Source: a virus (lineage: Duplodnaviria; Caudoviricetes). Taken from it: 55,501 nt of DNA. The translations under genes and the position numbers were made by a program. The stretch spans positions 1 to 55,501 of the IMG/VR virus record IMGVR_UViG_3300013110_000375. One strand, 5' to 3'. Shown in pieces: positions 36,234-45,182 of the stretch (within the stretch, counting starts at the first letter, position 1; every line of letters begins with the position of its first letter). The notes under the pieces are model-generated. The model was not told where the DNA came from and ran no database searches. It worked only from the letters and a program-made list of their open reading frames with translations.

Positions 36234-36259
36234 ATAAAAAAATGCCCAAGGGGGCATTT
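36234..36259 (-). terminator. Intrinsic terminator
   Basis: AAATGCCC-CCTT-GGGCATTT followed by a T run. Confidence 0.8.
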
Positions 36260-36261
36260 CA

Positions 36262-36454
36262 TTATCTTTTTCTAGACGCTTTATCATAATGCTTTTTTTC
36301 GTCTTCAAACTGTTTTTCAAGTCTTTTCAAGAACCAAAGTCGAAGTCCGACAGGCAAATTATATGCCTCTGTTAACGACCAACCACCATGATATTTTAAT
36401 AGAAAAAACTGTTCATAAACAGCTTCCATATATCTATCGGTCAGGCCAAAAAAA
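36262..36454 (-). CDS. Second tail-assembly chaperone segment, probably reached by frameshift (alternatively ATG at 36429)
   Basis: FFGLTDRYMEAVYEQFFLLKYHGGWSLTEAYNLPV; frame opens across the T7 run at the end of the upstream gene. Confidence 0.7.
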
Positions 36455-37285
36455 GTCCGCTGTAAAGGGCACCTCCATGTCCTCTTCATGATTACAGGAG
36501 GAGCAAACATAGTTTTCTGTAATCTGGACACTGGGTGTGGCTTCTTTATAACATGCTCTCAAGTGACGAGAGTCCAAAGTTGGCATATTATTTACATAAT
36601 GATTAATAACGCCTTGATCAGTGTGTCCCTCAACTGAAACTATCATTCTTTTATATTGATCAGAGAACATAGCATCGGCATCTTTTGCTTTGGACTTCTT
36701 TAGAGTCAATTGACTAAGATAAGTTTCATCTTTTCCCATTAATAATTTAAATTTTACTTTAAATTTCGATAAAGGCATTTCAGTTGCAAAGTATCCATCT
36801 TCAGATTTGGTTAAGTCTATCTTTTCGTTCAATCGACTTTCATCAATCGTTCTTTTGTTTAGATCAAATGTAAAATGCACTTTCTCCCCACAAGAAGGAC
36901 AGCCAACTTGTGTTTCATAATCTGCCCCATAGCCAGAAATTCTAGCTGAAATCAAAATTGCATTACGATCCCCAACAAGCATTTCCGATGCTTTAAGATT
37001 TTTATTAACAATAATATTATCTAAAAATCTTTCAACAGCAAGACCTTTTTTTAATAATGTGCGAGAAGACAAAATATCTTCATCTTTTGCTGTCATAAAC
37101 CTTATTTCTATTGTTTCTTGGCCGCAGAGGGGGTGACCCTCTGGATATCCAACCCCGACAGAAGGCAGTTCAACAAATTCTGTCGGTGCAACAAAGTGTA
37201 AAGGACTTACACCTGATTCAACTGGAGGAGGCGGTTCAGCCTGAACTGTGGCTCCGGTTCTCTCCAAATTATTTCTTTTACCCAA
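36434..37285 (-). CDS. Baseplate hub / tail assembly chaperone (T4 gp26/gp51-like)
   Basis: VELPS.G..YP, MTAKDEDIL, GDRNAILISARISGYG, two CxxC pairs, terminal FFWP. Confidence 0.8.
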   Translation of the reverse strand: MGKRNNLERTGATVQAEPPPPVESGVSPLHFVAPTEFVELPSVGVGYPEGHPLCGQETIEIRFMTAKDEDILSSRTLLKKGLAVERFLDNIIVNKNLKASEMLVGDRNAILISARISGYGADYETQVGCPSCGEKVHFTFDLNKRTIDESRLNEKIDLTKSEDGYFATEMPLSKFKVKFKLLMGKDETYLSQLTLKKSKAKDADAMFSDQYKRMIVSVEGHTDQGVINHYVNNMPTLDSRHLRACYKEATPSVQITENYVCSSCNHEEDMEVPFTADFFWPDR

Positions 37286-37310
37286 TTTTCACCTCGCTTA
37301 AAAAAGAAAA

Positions 37311-37796
37311 TTATTTTATATCACACCATTCATAGGATATAGTTATCTCTATAGTATATAGTTCGTCATCAGAATAATCTAGCTCTCCATAAGATATCCC
37401 GGAGATAAACCAGTCATTTAATTCAAAAGCTTGACCTGCTTTTGCGCCACTTTTATCAAGAAGTTCAATCAACATTTTTTCTTGAAGGGGGCCTTTAAAG
37501 TTACTCACTATTCCACCTTTGGGAGAAGCTGGATTCCAGTTATGTCCATTGTTATGAACGAGGGCTGTAATCTTTTCTAATGTTTTGCTATCTGCGACAA
37601 GTGTAATTGTAATGTCTTGCCAACTTAAAACCCCTGCAACCTTTGTCATATGATTTAGGACTTGATAAGAATTTTGATTTACTTCAAACGTTGGAAGTGT
37701 TACTGATTTAACAAGATGGATGTCTTCAGTGAGACCTGTGACTTTGAATCTATACTTTCTTAAAGGTTCAGATTCTGTGCTACTCCAAAATCCCAT
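37311..37796 (-). CDS. Tail tube protein paralog 2 (gp19-like)
   Basis: RKYRFKV, WQDITIT, YGELDYSDD, ITISYEW. Confidence 0.85.
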   Translation of the reverse strand: MGFWSSTESEPLRKYRFKVTGLTEDIHLVKSVTLPTFEVNQNSYQVLNHMTKVAGVLSWQDITITLVADSKTLEKITALVHNNGHNWNPASPKGGIVSNFKGPLQEKMLIELLDKSGAKAGQAFELNDWFISGISYGELDYSDDELYTIEITISYEWCDIK

Positions 37797-37809
37797 TTAT
37801 TAACCTCTG

Positions 37810-38340
37810 TTAGGCACCCTCTTGGGTAAAATAAGTCGCACCGTCGGAGTCGGTATGAACAGCCCAGTCATAACGAATTGTAAGTTCAACTGTTTTTAAT
37901 TCATCATTGCTATAATCTAAATCTCCAAATTTAGCAGCTTTAATAAAAGAATTCTTTAACTCCCACTTTTCGACGGATACGCCTTCTTTATCAAGAACCT
38001 CGATTACAACAAGTAAACCACTATTCGTTTTGTCAATGGTAGCTTTGTTCACTGCACTAGTTGAGCCTCCGGGAACAAGATATCCCATCTCCTTCAACAT
38101 CTTATTTAATTCGGCGGCTGCATCGGGAGTAATTGGATCAACCATATTAACGGTAACCTCCGACCAGCTAACTCTACCCGGAAAATAATATTTATTATCC
38201 ATATGATTATGTTCTACCTCAGAAACATCATAAGAGGGTAAAGTACAAGTTTTAGCATACCAAATGGCATTGCCTCCAATGGTAACTTTAAATCTATAAT
38301 TTCTCTTTGCTTCTGAGTCTGCGCTGCTCCAAAATGCCAT
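37810..38340 (-). CDS. Tail tube protein (gp19-like)
   Basis: RNYRFKV, PGRVSW, EKWELK, FGDLDYS, LTIRYDWA. Confidence 0.9.
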   Translation of the reverse strand: MAFWSSADSEAKRNYRFKVTIGGNAIWYAKTCTLPSYDVSEVEHNHMDNKYYFPGRVSWSEVTVNMVDPITPDAAAELNKMLKEMGYLVPGGSTSAVNKATIDKTNSGLLVVIEVLDKEGVSVEKWELKNSFIKAAKFGDLDYSNDELKTVELTIRYDWAVHTDSDGATYFTQEGA

Positions 38341-38381
38341 AATATGTTTTCTCCTGTTACTTTATATTAAGTAGTTGATTA

Positions 38382-41300
38382 TTAAAATTCAATGCCGCTT
38401 CTGGTAACAATAAAGTCGATTGCAATGAATTCGATTGATTTTGTTGGTTTAATAAAAATCTTAGCGTTCATAATGTTCTGATCTTTTTCCGCGTCTGTGG
38501 TTGTTGAGTCATCTAATACAATCTTGTATTCTTCAATACCAAATCTTCCTTGAACATCTCTCAAGATCAAATCGGCTTTGGTGCTAAATTTGGTCCAAGT
38601 AGTTTGCTCGTTCGGATCGAAAAGAATCGAATCAGCAACTTTACTAATTTTCTTTTTAAGATAAACTAGAAGTCTTCGGACATTTACCCTATCGAGTGCC
38701 GAGGCTTCGACCTGAAGTGTTTTTTGTCCAAAAATGACAATTTCGCCAACAGCGGGGAATCTAGCAATCGGGTTAATATTCACCTCATAGAGGTCATCTC
38801 TATCTGATTTAGAAAGATTTTTCCATGTTCCTACACACGCTGGACCTTGGTTTCCACCCAATCGTGATAGACCTCCGCGATTAAACCCAGCAGGGGCAAA
38901 CCAAGGCCCATCGGAGTTCGCATCTGAGAATGCAAGAGCCCCAATGGCACCAACAGACGCTGGAGCCACAAGAACATCGCCATTTGCATTAAGCGTGTCC
39001 CTAAGTCTAATTCTTGGGAAATATGCGGCGGCATAGCTTGTGTCTAATTCTGTTCTAGATGTCATAGTTGATAATACAGATGCAACTGTCCCGCCGGTAG
39101 TAAGTCTGGTTCCGCTGTTTTCATAAGTTTCTTTATAGCCATCATTTAAATCAAGAATGGCCAAAGCATCGCCACGTTTTTCAACTATTTCAATCAAATC
39201 ATCAGTTAGTTGTGTGTTTGTCAGCCCCGGAGCACTAATAACGTCATATTTTACCACTTCTTTATCAGAGACAGCGTCTAAAGCTTTTCCGACAGAATAG
39301 TTGGCATAATGCGCTGTTCGCGAATTGGCAACATCTAAAATATTAACATTTGAAAAGGGATCAACCTGTTCAACATCAAGGCCGTCAAATCCACCGAACA
39401 GCGGAAGTGCAAACTGTTTGACTTTGTCATCAAGAAGGCTTTGTGAGCCGGATGCAGCAGTTTCTGAAACTGGACTTCCCGATACAACGGCACCGTTTCC
39501 AGCAGCAAACGAGCCAGAAAGCCAATAAAACTTTCCATCTAGCTTATGAACTTCGTCTAAAGTGAAAACAAACGAGGGCTCTGTGCTTGTGTTGTTAGAC
39601 TCATGAACATCCAATTGGGCACCCATATGTCTAAGCAAGTCAACATAACTATTATCATTATATGCTTCCTTAGAATTCTTACTAGGGACCTTGTGATGAA
39701 GTCCAAACATATCAGTTTTAAGCCAATTTTTTGAAGCGTTAGTATTTTGTTCAGACATACGCAATTTTGGATAAACGAAAGAAGCAGTGTGGTCTGGCAC
39801 TGAAGAAGATAGATAGCCACCGGCTCCTTGCTGTGCGAGATGTTGCCAACCCATCGCAAGACCACTACCAGAGCAGCTTCCAACAAAGTGATGTGCATGT
39901 TGGGTTGCTACGACCGTCGATCCCGTTGCAATTGCGCCCAAATTATGTATTCCGGTCACGGAGGCAGCCGTGGCGGGGGCTGTGCCATTGTCTCTTTTTG
40001 ACAACCAAGTAAATCCTTTTAATTTAGCTGGGCCGAAAAAGCCCCATGGAATAGCGTAAGAATCAGACAAGCCACCGACACTTTTCAGGGCATCCGCCAA
40101 CTCAATTCTAACATAACTTGAAACATTTTCGTAATCCCCATAAAGGTCATACTTATCATTTTGCGAGTCCCAAGATTGATATTGAGTTCCAATTCTTTTA
40201 CCAATGAAATTGGACGAAGGTTTACTAAGGTTTAGATTTGTATATGTTTCAAGTGCTTTTCCAGCCTTGCTTCTTACAACAAGGGAGAAAGTAGAATTCG
40301 GATCTTTTACGGTTCCAAGTCGAAGGTTCTCAATGGTGATATAGTGGTTATTTTGAAACCATTCTCCATCATGAAGAGAAGTGACTCTGAACAGCTTTGT
40401 TTGAGCGGATGCAGTAAAGGCTCCATGATTTTCTGTAGGAGATGGATTTCTTGAAATAACCCAGCCTGATTTACTTGGCTTTGCTTCTGATTGTCTGTCG
40501 ATCCACGATACAGAGCCAGACACCAAAGGAGCGATGAAAGCCCATTGCTCCCCAACAACTGGTTTGGGAGTCGTAACATAGTGTTTAACTGATTCTTCAA
40601 AAGTTTCTCCAAGAAAATATTTCTTGACTTCTGTTGAAGGATAATTAGTTGAATTTAGTTTTTGAGGATTGGTATTAAGAACATTTCTAATATATCCGTC
40701 TCTCTGATCTGGGTCAAAGTGGAAAACATGACTTTCAAGAGGATTGCCGTTACCATAAGAAGCACCGCCGTGAACACTATCCCAAATGTCCAACCTAAAA
40801 GTGGCTGGTTGGTTGGCAGTGGAAATTGATGTAATAAAGGTTCCAGCCGATGATGTCGTATTACCGGCATGGGTGGAGGCTGATACTCTCATAATATTTC
40901 CACTAAGCGTCATAACGGCACCAGTGGTGTACAAAATAGCAGCCAAGGTTCCAGTGACGTTTGTCGCATTATAGGCACCAGACGGCGCAACCCAAAGGCC
41001 ATAAGCAAGTCTGTTGACGTTTGCAGTAGTACTTTGAACATGTCCGCCAAGATTCCATCCGGCCTTAGTATATCCACTGTCTTGCTCTGGTGAATCAGAG
41101 CCCAGAAGTCGAACAAAAGTAACTGGTGATGTGTTGGAAGCTAACCATGCTTGTGCTGCATAAGAAGCATATGTTGGAACAGATTGGTTTCCATCACGCC
41201 AAACATCAGCATCTTGAACTCCAACACCAGATTGTGGTTTTCCAAAAACAGCGGTAAAATCTTCTATAGTTTTAACCTTAATCGGTTGCATACCGGGTCC

Positions 41301-41417
41301 AGTTCTTGCGGGACCAATCAACAATACGCCATCGTCTCCTGCGGGGCGAGTGACTTGGCTTTCGTCAATCTCTGTAATTTCCACACCGGGGGAAATAAAA
41401 TCAAAAATTCTAGGCAT
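38382..41417 (-). CDS. Contractile tail sheath protein (gp18-like), 1011 aa
   Basis: SPGVEITEID, PWFAPAGFNRG, INPI, FGQKTLQ, LDRVNVRRLL, IKPTKSIEFI. Confidence 0.95.
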   Translation of the reverse strand: MPRIFDFISPGVEITEIDESQVTRPAGDDGVLLIGPARTGPGMQPIKVKTIEDFTAVFGKPQSGVGVQDADVWRDGNQSVPTYASYAAQAWLASNTSPVTFVRLLGSDSPEQDSGYTKAGWNLGGHVQSTTANVNRLAYGLWVAPSGAYNATNVTGTLAAILYTTGAVMTLSGNIMRVSASTHAGNTTSSAGTFITSISTANQPATFRLDIWDSVHGGASYGNGNPLESHVFHFDPDQRDGYIRNVLNTNPQKLNSTNYPSTEVKKYFLGETFEESVKHYVTTPKPVVGEQWAFIAPLVSGSVSWIDRQSEAKPSKSGWVISRNPSPTENHGAFTASAQTKLFRVTSLHDGEWFQNNHYITIENLRLGTVKDPNSTFSLVVRSKAGKALETYTNLNLSKPSSNFIGKRIGTQYQSWDSQNDKYDLYGDYENVSSYVRIELADALKSVGGLSDSYAIPWGFFGPAKLKGFTWLSKRDNGTAPATAASVTGIHNLGAIATGSTVVATQHAHHFVGSCSGSGLAMGWQHLAQQGAGGYLSSSVPDHTASFVYPKLRMSEQNTNASKNWLKTDMFGLHHKVPSKNSKEAYNDNSYVDLLRHMGAQLDVHESNNTSTEPSFVFTLDEVHKLDGKFYWLSGSFAAGNGAVVSGSPVSETAASGSQSLLDDKVKQFALPLFGGFDGLDVEQVDPFSNVNILDVANSRTAHYANYSVGKALDAVSDKEVVKYDVISAPGLTNTQLTDDLIEIVEKRGDALAILDLNDGYKETYENSGTRLTTGGTVASVLSTMTSRTELDTSYAAAYFPRIRLRDTLNANGDVLVAPASVGAIGALAFSDANSDGPWFAPAGFNRGGLSRLGGNQGPACVGTWKNLSKSDRDDLYEVNINPIARFPAVGEIVIFGQKTLQVEASALDRVNVRRLLVYLKKKISKVADSILFDPNEQTTWTKFSTKADLILRDVQGRFGIEEYKIVLDDSTTTDAEKDQNIMNAKIFIKPTKSIEFIAIDFIVTRSGIEF

Positions 41418-41450
41418 TAAAAAGTTCTCCTTTAAATTAATATCTCACAG

Positions 41451-41459
41451 TAAATAGTA
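41451..41459 (-). promoter_or_regulatory. Putative late promoter motif (TACTATTTA) upstream of the sheath gene
   Basis: CTATTTA recurs before structural genes (45101, 48139, 51584, 52417, 36222, 44125). Confidence 0.6.
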
Positions 41460-41477
41460 TTGTTTTAGTGGAAAAAC

Positions 41478-42371
41478 CTATTCTGTATAATCGTTATCTT
41501 TATCTTTCCAAGGCACCTTGTCTCCGACAATTACTCTCTCGTTAGATATGACAGTTCGGACAGCATTTTCTCTTATTGTGATCTTCGGTCGTTCATTGTT
41601 GTTGCCATCACCAATTAGATAACCAAGGACCTTTATTTGAATAGCTGTTTCAAACATTCGTTCATCTTCGCCCATGTCTTTGATATTCTTTGTTTCAGCA
41701 AAATCTTGCTGAATGAAGGACTCATATTTCCATTTGTTTCTTTCAAAGAAAAAACTATTTATACCTCCGGTTCTCGTTATAAATGGAGTAACAAGGTCAT
41801 TCATTTGTTGTTGATATTCTGTTCTCAAAAGAACGTTATAAACAACTGTTATGTAGCTTGGAACTGGAATCGTTATTTGTTGATATAATATCTTTTTTTT
41901 ATCAATAAAATTTCCGTCTTCATCTTTGGCGGGGCGAAGACCTGCGGAGCCAGACCAGTATGTACCTGTTACTCTGCCGTCCTCATAAGCTTGCGAAACA
42001 ATGGTATTTTGATAGTTTCCATGTGCTCTGTGGCTTATTCTTCTATAAATTGTTACTGTTCCGCCTTTATAATCATTATCTTGAAAATAATGCGCCTGAA
42101 ATGCCCCTTTGAAGTTGGGGTCTTTGGTAATAGATTCCCTATTTATAGCAATAATTGGAAGCTTTAAGCGGTTATCAGAGTTTCTTAGTTCTTTGTTCTT
42201 TTTTAGCTGATATGCTCTCTCTGTTCCCAACCAAATGACTGGGACTGGTTTATATCCATCATTGGTTGTGGTGTGCAGATTTAATTTATCCTTAACCCAC
42301 TCATAGAGGCCCATATCGATGTTTTCTAATGTTGAAGGATCAAATGTTATTTCTTTTGGATTAACTGGCAT
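41478..42371 (-). CDS. Tail terminator / completion protein (gp15-like)
   Basis: VPVIW...ER...LKLPII...PVPSYITVVY...QQMN; position between neck and sheath. Confidence 0.7.
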   Translation of the reverse strand: MPVNPKEITFDPSTLENIDMGLYEWVKDKLNLHTTTNDGYKPVPVIWLGTERAYQLKKNKELRNSDNRLKLPIIAINRESITKDPNFKGAFQAHYFQDNDYKGGTVTIYRRISHRAHGNYQNTIVSQAYEDGRVTGTYWSGSAGLRPAKDEDGNFIDKKKILYQQITIPVPSYITVVYNVLLRTEYQQQMNDLVTPFITRTGGINSFFFERNKWKYESFIQQDFAETKNIKDMGEDERMFETAIQIKVLGYLIGDGNNNERPKITIRENAVRTVISNERVIVGDKVPWKDKDNDYTE

Positions 42372-42849
42372 TGAATAAACCGTCCCTTGCTCTTATACAC
42401 TCAGCAGACATTTCAAATTTATGTTCGACTTGTCCGAAAAGGTGTTTTGTGTTAGATATTTTGACTATCTCATAGTATTTATCTCCATATCTAACAAAAT
42501 CACCGACCCTCACTTCAAGATCTTGGTCTTCGGTTAGTCGTCTTCGGTGAAATTTAACCGTGATTTTAGTCATTTCATCGACTGCGATGTTAGACATGTA
42601 GTTTGTTTCTTCCCCTCCATACTCAACAAGGGCATATACACGAATTGGGGGTAAAAAAGTTTTTTCTATGGCCTCGCCATAAAGAGGATGAAAGTTCGTA
42701 TATTCAATATCAATCGGAAAATACAATATTTGTTGTCCGACTACTCTTTCAATGATTTCATCATTTACTTGTTTTACTAAATCTCGTTCTTTTTCTCCAA
42801 GAAATAATGGAGGAGGAGGTTGCGCTGATTTTGACCATTTGTCTGACAT
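42361..42849 (-). CDS. Neck / head-closure protein (gp14-like)
   Basis: GQQILY...LYGE...GDFVRY...YYEIV. Confidence 0.75.
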   Translation of the reverse strand: MSDKWSKSAQPPPPLFLGEKERDLVKQVNDEIIERVVGQQILYFPIDIEYTNFHPLYGEAIEKTFLPPIRVYALVEYGGEETNYMSNIAVDEMTKITVKFHRRRLTEDQDLEVRVGDFVRYGDKYYEIVKISNTKHLFGQVEHKFEMSAECIRARDGLFNAS

Positions 42850-42853
42850 TTAT

Positions 42854-44101
42854 TTACCCCACAAAAATCTTTAATGGTACATTTTCAACCATTTTTTGAG
42901 CATTCTCTGACATTTCTGAGTCTCTCTCAAGAAGCTTGGGATATGTCATTTCATCTAACTGGGTTTTGAGTTCATCTCTTAAAGAATTTTGTTCTTCTTT
43001 AGCTTGAGATAGAAGATCAGTTGCATTTAAAGTTATATTGTCTCCGGGAACAGGAATTGAGCCTCCAAATTTGCCCCTAATCTGCCCCAAAGTCTCTTTA
43101 GACAGAGCGAGGCAAAATCTTCTAATCCATTGTTTTCCAATGGAGTTAATATTTTCATATGGCAAGTTCTCAAATGGAAGTGTATTCATATTATTAACTC
43201 CATTTTGACCTGCTTCTGTGTCGTCGGTCCACGGGTCATCTCCGGGGTCTATTGAGAACCTAAACCAAAATGTATTTTGACGCGCAGTATTTGGTGTGGG
43301 ATATAGCCTCAACTTATTATTAATAATTTCATAAGAATAGTGAGAAGTTCTTGTATATAAATGATCTTCATATGCTATAGCTTGGGCTTTATTTTGCCAA
43401 GCGGGAATCACATTAAAGCTAGAATCATCAGCATATTGGCCATAATTTTGAAAATCTCCAACGACATTAAGACCTCCATAATATCCATAAAACCGCCACA
43501 TTTGGGTTGGGGATATATAATATACTTGATGCACCTTTATTCTTTGATTTCCTATTTTATTATAAAAAGGACTTGATGAGTCATCGGCATGAGTTGCAGC
43601 TATGGTTTGAAGGTCATAATCTTGCTGATCTGTCACAACAGCAATTGAGGCCGAATACATCTCCCGACGACCTCCGACTAAAGCCTCAGATGAATATGAA
43701 TCAGCCAAGCGAAAAGCTGTTTCAAAGGAGAATTTGGGATATTTAAGGGCTATGTTTAGGGACCCAGAGGTAACCTGCCCTCGATGGTTAAAACTCGACG
43801 TAGCGGCCCCTAAGACCGATCCTAGGACGTTTTTTGACTGATGTATGTTAACTATATAAGAGTATTCAAGACATGCTTCTTCATAGTTCGCATATACGTT
43901 ATCTGCCTTAAGTTCAATATCAAGTATATCTCCACCTAATTTCTTATAAGTGTATGCAACTTGAGCAGCAGCACCCGCAAGAAATGCTGAACCTGTATAT
44001 GCTCCCAATGGCAATGCGGCAACAACATCGCCTGTGGCCCCAGTTACTGGAAGAACAAGTGCGCTTTTAGTTGAAGCTGGTGTAAGTGTTGGTAACGCCA
44101 T
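42854..44101 (-). CDS. Neck / head-tail adaptor (gp13-like)
   Basis: KLGGDILDIEL, WIRRFCLALSKETLGQIRGKF, PGDNITLN. Confidence 0.85.
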   Translation of the reverse strand: MALPTLTPASTKSALVLPVTGATGDVVAALPLGAYTGSAFLAGAAAQVAYTYKKLGGDILDIELKADNVYANYEEACLEYSYIVNIHQSKNVLGSVLGAATSSFNHRGQVTSGSLNIALKYPKFSFETAFRLADSYSSEALVGGRREMYSASIAVVTDQQDYDLQTIAATHADDSSSPFYNKIGNQRIKVHQVYYISPTQMWRFYGYYGGLNVVGDFQNYGQYADDSSFNVIPAWQNKAQAIAYEDHLYTRTSHYSYEIINNKLRLYPTPNTARQNTFWFRFSIDPGDDPWTDDTEAGQNGVNNMNTLPFENLPYENINSIGKQWIRRFCLALSKETLGQIRGKFGGSIPVPGDNITLNATDLLSQAKEEQNSLRDELKTQLDEMTYPKLLERDSEMSENAQKMVENVPLKIFVG

Positions 44102-44151
44102 TCATAAAACCCCCCAATCAAGAATAAATAGTTACATCTAATGTAAAGCTA

Positions 44152-44490
44152 CTATTGATTAGTCGTTCTGGTTTTGGTTGTTCTTTTGCGTCTGGTTGTC
44201 TTGGGCTTAGAAGTGGTTGTTTTCTTTGTTGTTTTGTTTAATTTGACCTCAGACTCTTTTTTTGCTTTTAATTCTGCTTCTTTTTTAGCAGCGGCTTCCA
44301 TTGCGGCTTTTTTTGCAGCTTCGGCTTGGGCCTTAAGTCTTGCGGCTTTCGCTTCTTGCTCTTGTTGCTCTTTTAACTTTTGAATACGAACAGAATTCTC
44401 TTCTTGGACTTTGAGTTCCGCTTGTCTTGCGGCTTCTTTTCTGCGTTCAATGATTTTTGCCCTTCTTAGGCGTTGTGATTTTCTAGCCAT
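44152..44490 (-). CDS. Highly basic Lys/Arg/Ala/Thr-rich protein (histone-like or DNA-condensing candidate)
   Basis: AAKK coiled coil and KTTKKTTTSKPKTTRRKRTT tail; AGGAG SD. Confidence 0.65.
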   Translation of the reverse strand: MARKSQRLRRAKIIERRKEAARQAELKVQEENSVRIQKLKEQQEQEAKAARLKAQAEAAKKAAMEAAAKKEAELKAKKESEVKLNKTTKKTTTSKPKTTRRKRTTKTRTTNQ

Positions 44491-44561
44491 TATAACTCCT
44501 TGATAATGTTATAATTAGGCTCAAATCTCAAAAATTGGCCGGAAATAAAATTTGCGGAATT

Positions 44562-44588
44562 AAAAAAAGCCCACACAATGGTGGGCTT
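44562..44588 (-). terminator. Intrinsic terminator
   Basis: AAGCCCAC-6 nt-GTGGGCTT followed by a T run. Confidence 0.85.
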
Positions 44589-44614
44589 GATTTTATTATT
44601 TTGAAGATTAAGGA

Positions 44615-45052
44615 TTATGCACAAGTAATGCAATCGGCAGCACCTGAACATGATTCGCCGGAAACATACCAAAGTGTTCCATCCGTGTATACTTCTACAA
44701 AGTCACCTTGAACAGCATCGGCTGTAATAGTAATAAGATCGAACGCATCACCTTCATTCGCCGGGGATAACTGAACAGCGGCATTATCCGTAAAAGACTT
44801 AACATGTCCAACCATTTGGTTAGCAGTATCAGAAGCATGTTGTGCAATGGTCACTTGTGCGGTTTCGTCGTTGACAACAAATCTGCACCACCAGCCCTTA
44901 CCAGCACTAGACAACAATGGCAACACTACAGCAGTTGCGGCTGCGCCTACAGTAAAAATAGTTCCGCAATCGGCAACATCCACGGTTTTCGCGGTCGCCG
45001 TAAGGTTTTCAACTTTTAATCTATTTGAAGCATATCTTCCAGATTTTGACAT
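44615..45052 (-). CDS. Putative capsid decoration protein
   Basis: Directly after MCP with its own CTATTTA motif; beta-rich; C-terminal VEVYTDGTLWYV resembles the fibre-protein C-terminal domain. Confidence 0.55.
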   Translation of the reverse strand: MSKSGRYASNRLKVENLTATAKTVDVADCGTIFTVGAAATAVVLPLLSSAGKGWWCRFVVNDETAQVTIAQHASDTANQMVGHVKSFTDNAAVQLSPANEGDAFDLITITADAVQGDFVEVYTDGTLWYVSGESCSGAADCITCA

Positions 45053-45114
45053 ATTAATAATCTCCTTAAAATCTTTGCACTTTCAATGTGCGATCAATAG
45101 TAAATAGTATGGTG

Positions 45115-45157
45115 AAAAAGAAAAACCCCCGATGAAATAAATCATCAGGGGCATTTT
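45115..45157 (-). terminator. Intrinsic terminator after MCP
   Basis: GCCCCTGATGA...TCATCGGGGGT followed by TTTTCTTTTT. Confidence 0.8.
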
Positions 45158-45182
45158 TGTAGCATTGCTATTCTAAGTTAGA

